Source: Chlamydiota bacterium
GTDB lineage: Bacteria > Auribacterota > Tritonobacteria > UBA1439
Assembly (NCBI GenBank): GCA_037133055.1
Contig: JBAXOY010000005.1
Location: 1-53,765 of the forward strand
DNA: 53,765 nt
Direction of reading: 5' to 3'
This document shows positions 51,007-53,765 of the stretch, piece by piece (position 1 is the stretch's first letter; each line of letters begins with the position of its first letter). Position numbers and translations under genes: made by a program. The notes beneath the pieces are model-generated. The model had not been told where the DNA came from, ran no database searches, and saw only the letters and a program-made list of their open reading frames with translations.

Positions 51007-51987
51007 GTGAAATGGGGGAAATACCTCGGCTACGCAATCAGCGCCGTCATCCTGTGCATCATCGCCTTCAAGTTGCGGGACGAGTGGGGGAAGGTCGCCG
51101 AAAGCCTGAGCAGGTTCGACTACCGGGTCCTTGTCCCGGCTCTGGCCATTTATGTGGCGGGGTTCATGCTGCGGGCCGTCCGCTGGCAGTGCATGCTTGC
51201 GCCGCTGAAGCGGATCAAATTCACCAGCTCGTTCAACGTGGTCATGATCGGGTTCATGGCCAACAATATCCTCCCCCTCCGGATAGGCGAGTTCGTCCGG
51301 GCGTGGGCGCTCAAGAGGAAGGAGGGGGTGAGCGGCAGCGCGGGGTTCGCGACCATCGTGGTCGAGCGGGTGTACGACGGGCTGACGCTCGTCGGGCTTT
51401 TTGCCCTCGTCCTGTTCTTCAGCGCCACCTCGCCCGAGATGAAGCGCTATGCCGCCCTCAGCGCGCCGGTCTTCCTCGCGGCCTACGGCCTGCTTCTCTA
51501 TGCGGCGTTCCGTGAAGAGCAGGCGGCGCGGATCATCAAGGGGTTCACCCTCGTTCTCCCCCTGCGGCTCCGCACCCGCGCGGACTCGCTCGTCGACTCG
51601 TTTATGCCGGGGCTCCGATTCCTCTCCTCGTGGCGCAGCCAGGGGACCGTCATCGCCCTCTCCTTCGCGATCTGGTTCATGGAGGGATGCGTCTTCTGGA
51701 TCGTGATGCGCGGCTTCGATATGGCGACTCCCCCCTACGCCGCGTTCTTCACCCTGGTGATCGTCAACATCGCAATCATGGTGCCCGCGGGGCCGGGGTA
51801 CATGGGCACGTTCGAAGCGGCCGCGGTGGTGGCGCTCGCGCCATTTCATGTGTCCGACAGCGCGGCGATCAGCTACATCCTCGTCGTGCACGCCCTCCAG
51901 TACGTTTCCGTGACCGCCCTCGGCCTCTACTTCATGAACGCGAGCGGCTGGAGCCTCCGGGAGATCGAGGAGGCCGAGAACGGATGA
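51007..51987 (+). CDS. Lysylphosphatidylglycerol-synthase TM (flippase-like) protein
   Basis: LRAVRW, NNILPLRIGEFVR, ERVYD, PGYMGTFE motifs; GTG start. Confidence 0.88.
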   Translation: MKWGKYLGYAISAVILCIIAFKLRDEWGKVAESLSRFDYRVLVPALAIYVAGFMLRAVRWQCMLAPLKRIKFTSSFNVVMIGFMANNILPLRIGEFVRAWALKRKEGVSGSAGFATIVVERVYDGLTLVGLFALVLFFSATSPEMKRYAALSAPVFLAAYGLLLYAAFREEQAARIIKGFTLVLPLRLRTRADSLVDSFMPGLRFLSSWRSQGTVIALSFAIWFMEGCVFWIVMRGFDMATPPYAAFFTLVIVNIAIMVPAGPGYMGTFEAAAVVALAPFHVSDSAAISYILVVHALQYVSVTALGLYFMNASGWSLREIEEAENG

Positions 51988-53288
51988 AGGCGGTCGTCAT
52001 CGGCGGCGGGATCACCGGCCTCAGCGTCGGCCACGCGCTCGCGAAGAAGGGGCATCAGGTCACGCTGATCGAGCGGGACGCGCGGGCGGGAGGGCTCGCG
52101 GGGTCGTTCCGCGCCGGGGACGTCTGGCTGGAGCAGTTTTACCACCATATCTTCAAGACCGACACCGCACTCCTCGCCTGGATCGAGGAGCTGGGGCTTT
52201 CCGGCCGGCTCATCTGGCGCCCCTCGTCGATAGGGTTCTTCCGCGGGGGTCGTGTCCACCCGTTCACCACCCCGTGGGACCTGCTCCGCTTTTCTCCCCT
52301 CAGTGTAGTGGATCGGGTGAAGCTCGGCCTCGCGGTCAGGCGGTTCCAGCGCACGGAGGAGTGGGAGTCGCTCGACGGCGTGACCTGCCGGGACTGGTTC
52401 TCGGAGCACGTGAGCCCCGCGACCTACCGGGTGGTGTGGGAGCCCCTCCTGCGCCTCAAGTTCGGCATGGAGTGCGACCGCATCCCCGCGGCGTGGATCT
52501 GGGGGAGGATACATCCCCGGGCCCGGTCGAGGAGCAGGGGGGGGATGCGGGAGGAGCTCGGCTATCTCGAGGGCGGATTCGAGCTCATGCTGGAGAAGAT
52601 GAAGGAGGCGCTCATCGCCCGCGGTGTGCGGATCATGGAGGGAACGGCCGCGGAGTATGTCATCCAGGAGCGGAACCGCGTCCGGGGACTGGTCGCCGGA
52701 GGCCGGGAGATATTCTGCGACGCGGTCGTCTCCACGGTCCCGATCCCCTCATTCCTCGAGATCGCCCCCCCGCTGCCGCATGAATACCGCGAGAAGCTCG
52801 CGGGCATCCGCTACCAGGCGGCGGTCTGCCTTGTGCTCGAGTGCGCGGAGCGGGTGAGCCCGGTCTACTGGCTCAACATCAGCGATCCCTCGATACGCTT
52901 CGGGGGGCTCATCGAGCACACGAACTTTGTCTCTCCGTCGCACTACGGGGGGAACCATATCGCCTATATCTTCAACTATATCCGCGAGGACGACCCCCTC
53001 TTCCGGATGTCGGCGGACGACTACTACGCGTTCCACGAGGCGTCCATCATGCGCGTGAACCCCTCGTTCCGGAGGGAGTGGGTGAGGGGGAAGCACCTCT
53101 TCCGCGCGCGGCACGCCACCGTCGTCTATACCCTCGGCTACCGGGAAACGATGCCCGGCTTCGCCACGCCGGTCAAGGGGCTCTACATGGTCAACACCAG
53201 CCAGATCTACCCGTACGACCGCAACATGAACAACTGCGCCGCGCTCGGCGAGCGGTTTGTCTCCGAGACGAAGCTCACGGGCGCCTGA
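51984..53288 (+). CDS. FAD-dependent oxidoreductase (amine oxidase/protoporphyrinogen oxidase fold)
   Basis: IGGGITG, GGLAGS, FYHHIF, IYPYDRNMN motifs. Confidence 0.88.
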   Translation: MKAVVIGGGITGLSVGHALAKKGHQVTLIERDARAGGLAGSFRAGDVWLEQFYHHIFKTDTALLAWIEELGLSGRLIWRPSSIGFFRGGRVHPFTTPWDLLRFSPLSVVDRVKLGLAVRRFQRTEEWESLDGVTCRDWFSEHVSPATYRVVWEPLLRLKFGMECDRIPAAWIWGRIHPRARSRSRGGMREELGYLEGGFELMLEKMKEALIARGVRIMEGTAAEYVIQERNRVRGLVAGGREIFCDAVVSTVPIPSFLEIAPPLPHEYREKLAGIRYQAAVCLVLECAERVSPVYWLNISDPSIRFGGLIEHTNFVSPSHYGGNHIAYIFNYIREDDPLFRMSADDYYAFHEASIMRVNPSFRREWVRGKHLFRARHATVVYTLGYRETMPGFATPVKGLYMVNTSQIYPYDRNMNNCAALGERFVSETKLTGA

Positions 53289-53305
53289 ATCCGCGGCATG
53301 ATCCC

Positions 53306-53765
53306 ATGACGAAAGCCCTCGGCCTTTTCTCAGGCGGTCTCGACAGCGTCCTCGCCGCCCGCGCGCTGATGGAACAGGGCATCGAGGTGACGGGAATCTC
53401 GTTCGAGACCCCGTTCTTCGGCTCCGGCAGGGCCCGCGATGCGGCGAGGCAGCTCGGGGTCCCGCTCATCGTCTCCGACATCACGGAGCCCCACCTTGCC
53501 GTGATGAGGCATCCCCGCCACGGCTTCGGCTCCGCCATGAACCCGTGCATCGACTGCCACACGCTCATGGTCGCCCGGGCGTTCGCGGTCATGAGGGAGA
53601 AGATTTTCGATTTCGTCTTCACCGGGGAGGTGCTCAACGAGCGCCCGATGTCCCAGAACAGGAATTCGCTGAAGATCGTCGAAACCCAGTCGGGATGCGA
53701 GGGCTATCTCCTGAGGCCTTTGAGCGCAAAGCTCCTCGACGAGACGATCCCTGAAAAAGAGGGGA
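53306..53765 (+). CDS. PP-loop ATPase of the ThiI-like tRNA thiolation family, 3'-truncated
   Basis: MTKALGLFSGGLDS, NPCIDCH, TGEVLNERPMSQ; runs off the window. Confidence 0.85.
   Translation, partial: MTKALGLFSGGLDSVLAARALMEQGIEVTGISFETPFFGSGRARDAARQLGVPLIVSDITEPHLAVMRHPRHGFGSAMNPCIDCHTLMVARAFAVMREKIFDFVFTGEVLNERPMSQNRNSLKIVETQSGCEGYLLRPLSAKLLDETIPEKEG

Overview
This is a GC-rich bacterial chromosomal segment with dense operons and no CRISPR array, integrase, transposase or reverse transcriptase. In order it carries: an M16 protease; a minus-strand surface-glycan operon (acyltransferase, GlpD-like oxidase, methyltransferase, GT4, secreted metallophosphoesterase); acyP; a UDP-sugar epimerase; uppP; a split methionine synthase; a K+-dependent membrane pyrophosphatase; a response regulator; clpB; TPR/LysM lipoproteins with an ABC exporter; ispH; a TPR/secreted-protein cluster with a TMTC-like GT-C glycosyltransferase; hypF(short)-C-D-E-A-B; tatA-tatC; tRNA-Ala(CGC); and a UbiA/UDP-xylose synthase/GT2-flippase operon. 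The most unusual items are: (1) two secreted proteins sharing an apparently identical 972-bp C-terminal module that looks like a single (half) TolC/OEP repeat with a long beta-hairpin, one with and one without an N-terminal beta-propeller, while their promoters and signal peptides have diverged; (2) a hyp cluster with a truncated HypF and motif substitutions in HypD and HypB; (3) short tandem arrays, mostly 7-nt, at many gene junctions; (4) a ~165-nt rod-shaped candidate ncRNA; (5) a 56-aa membrane ORF absent from the ORF track. All calls come from reading motifs by eye; no searches were run.
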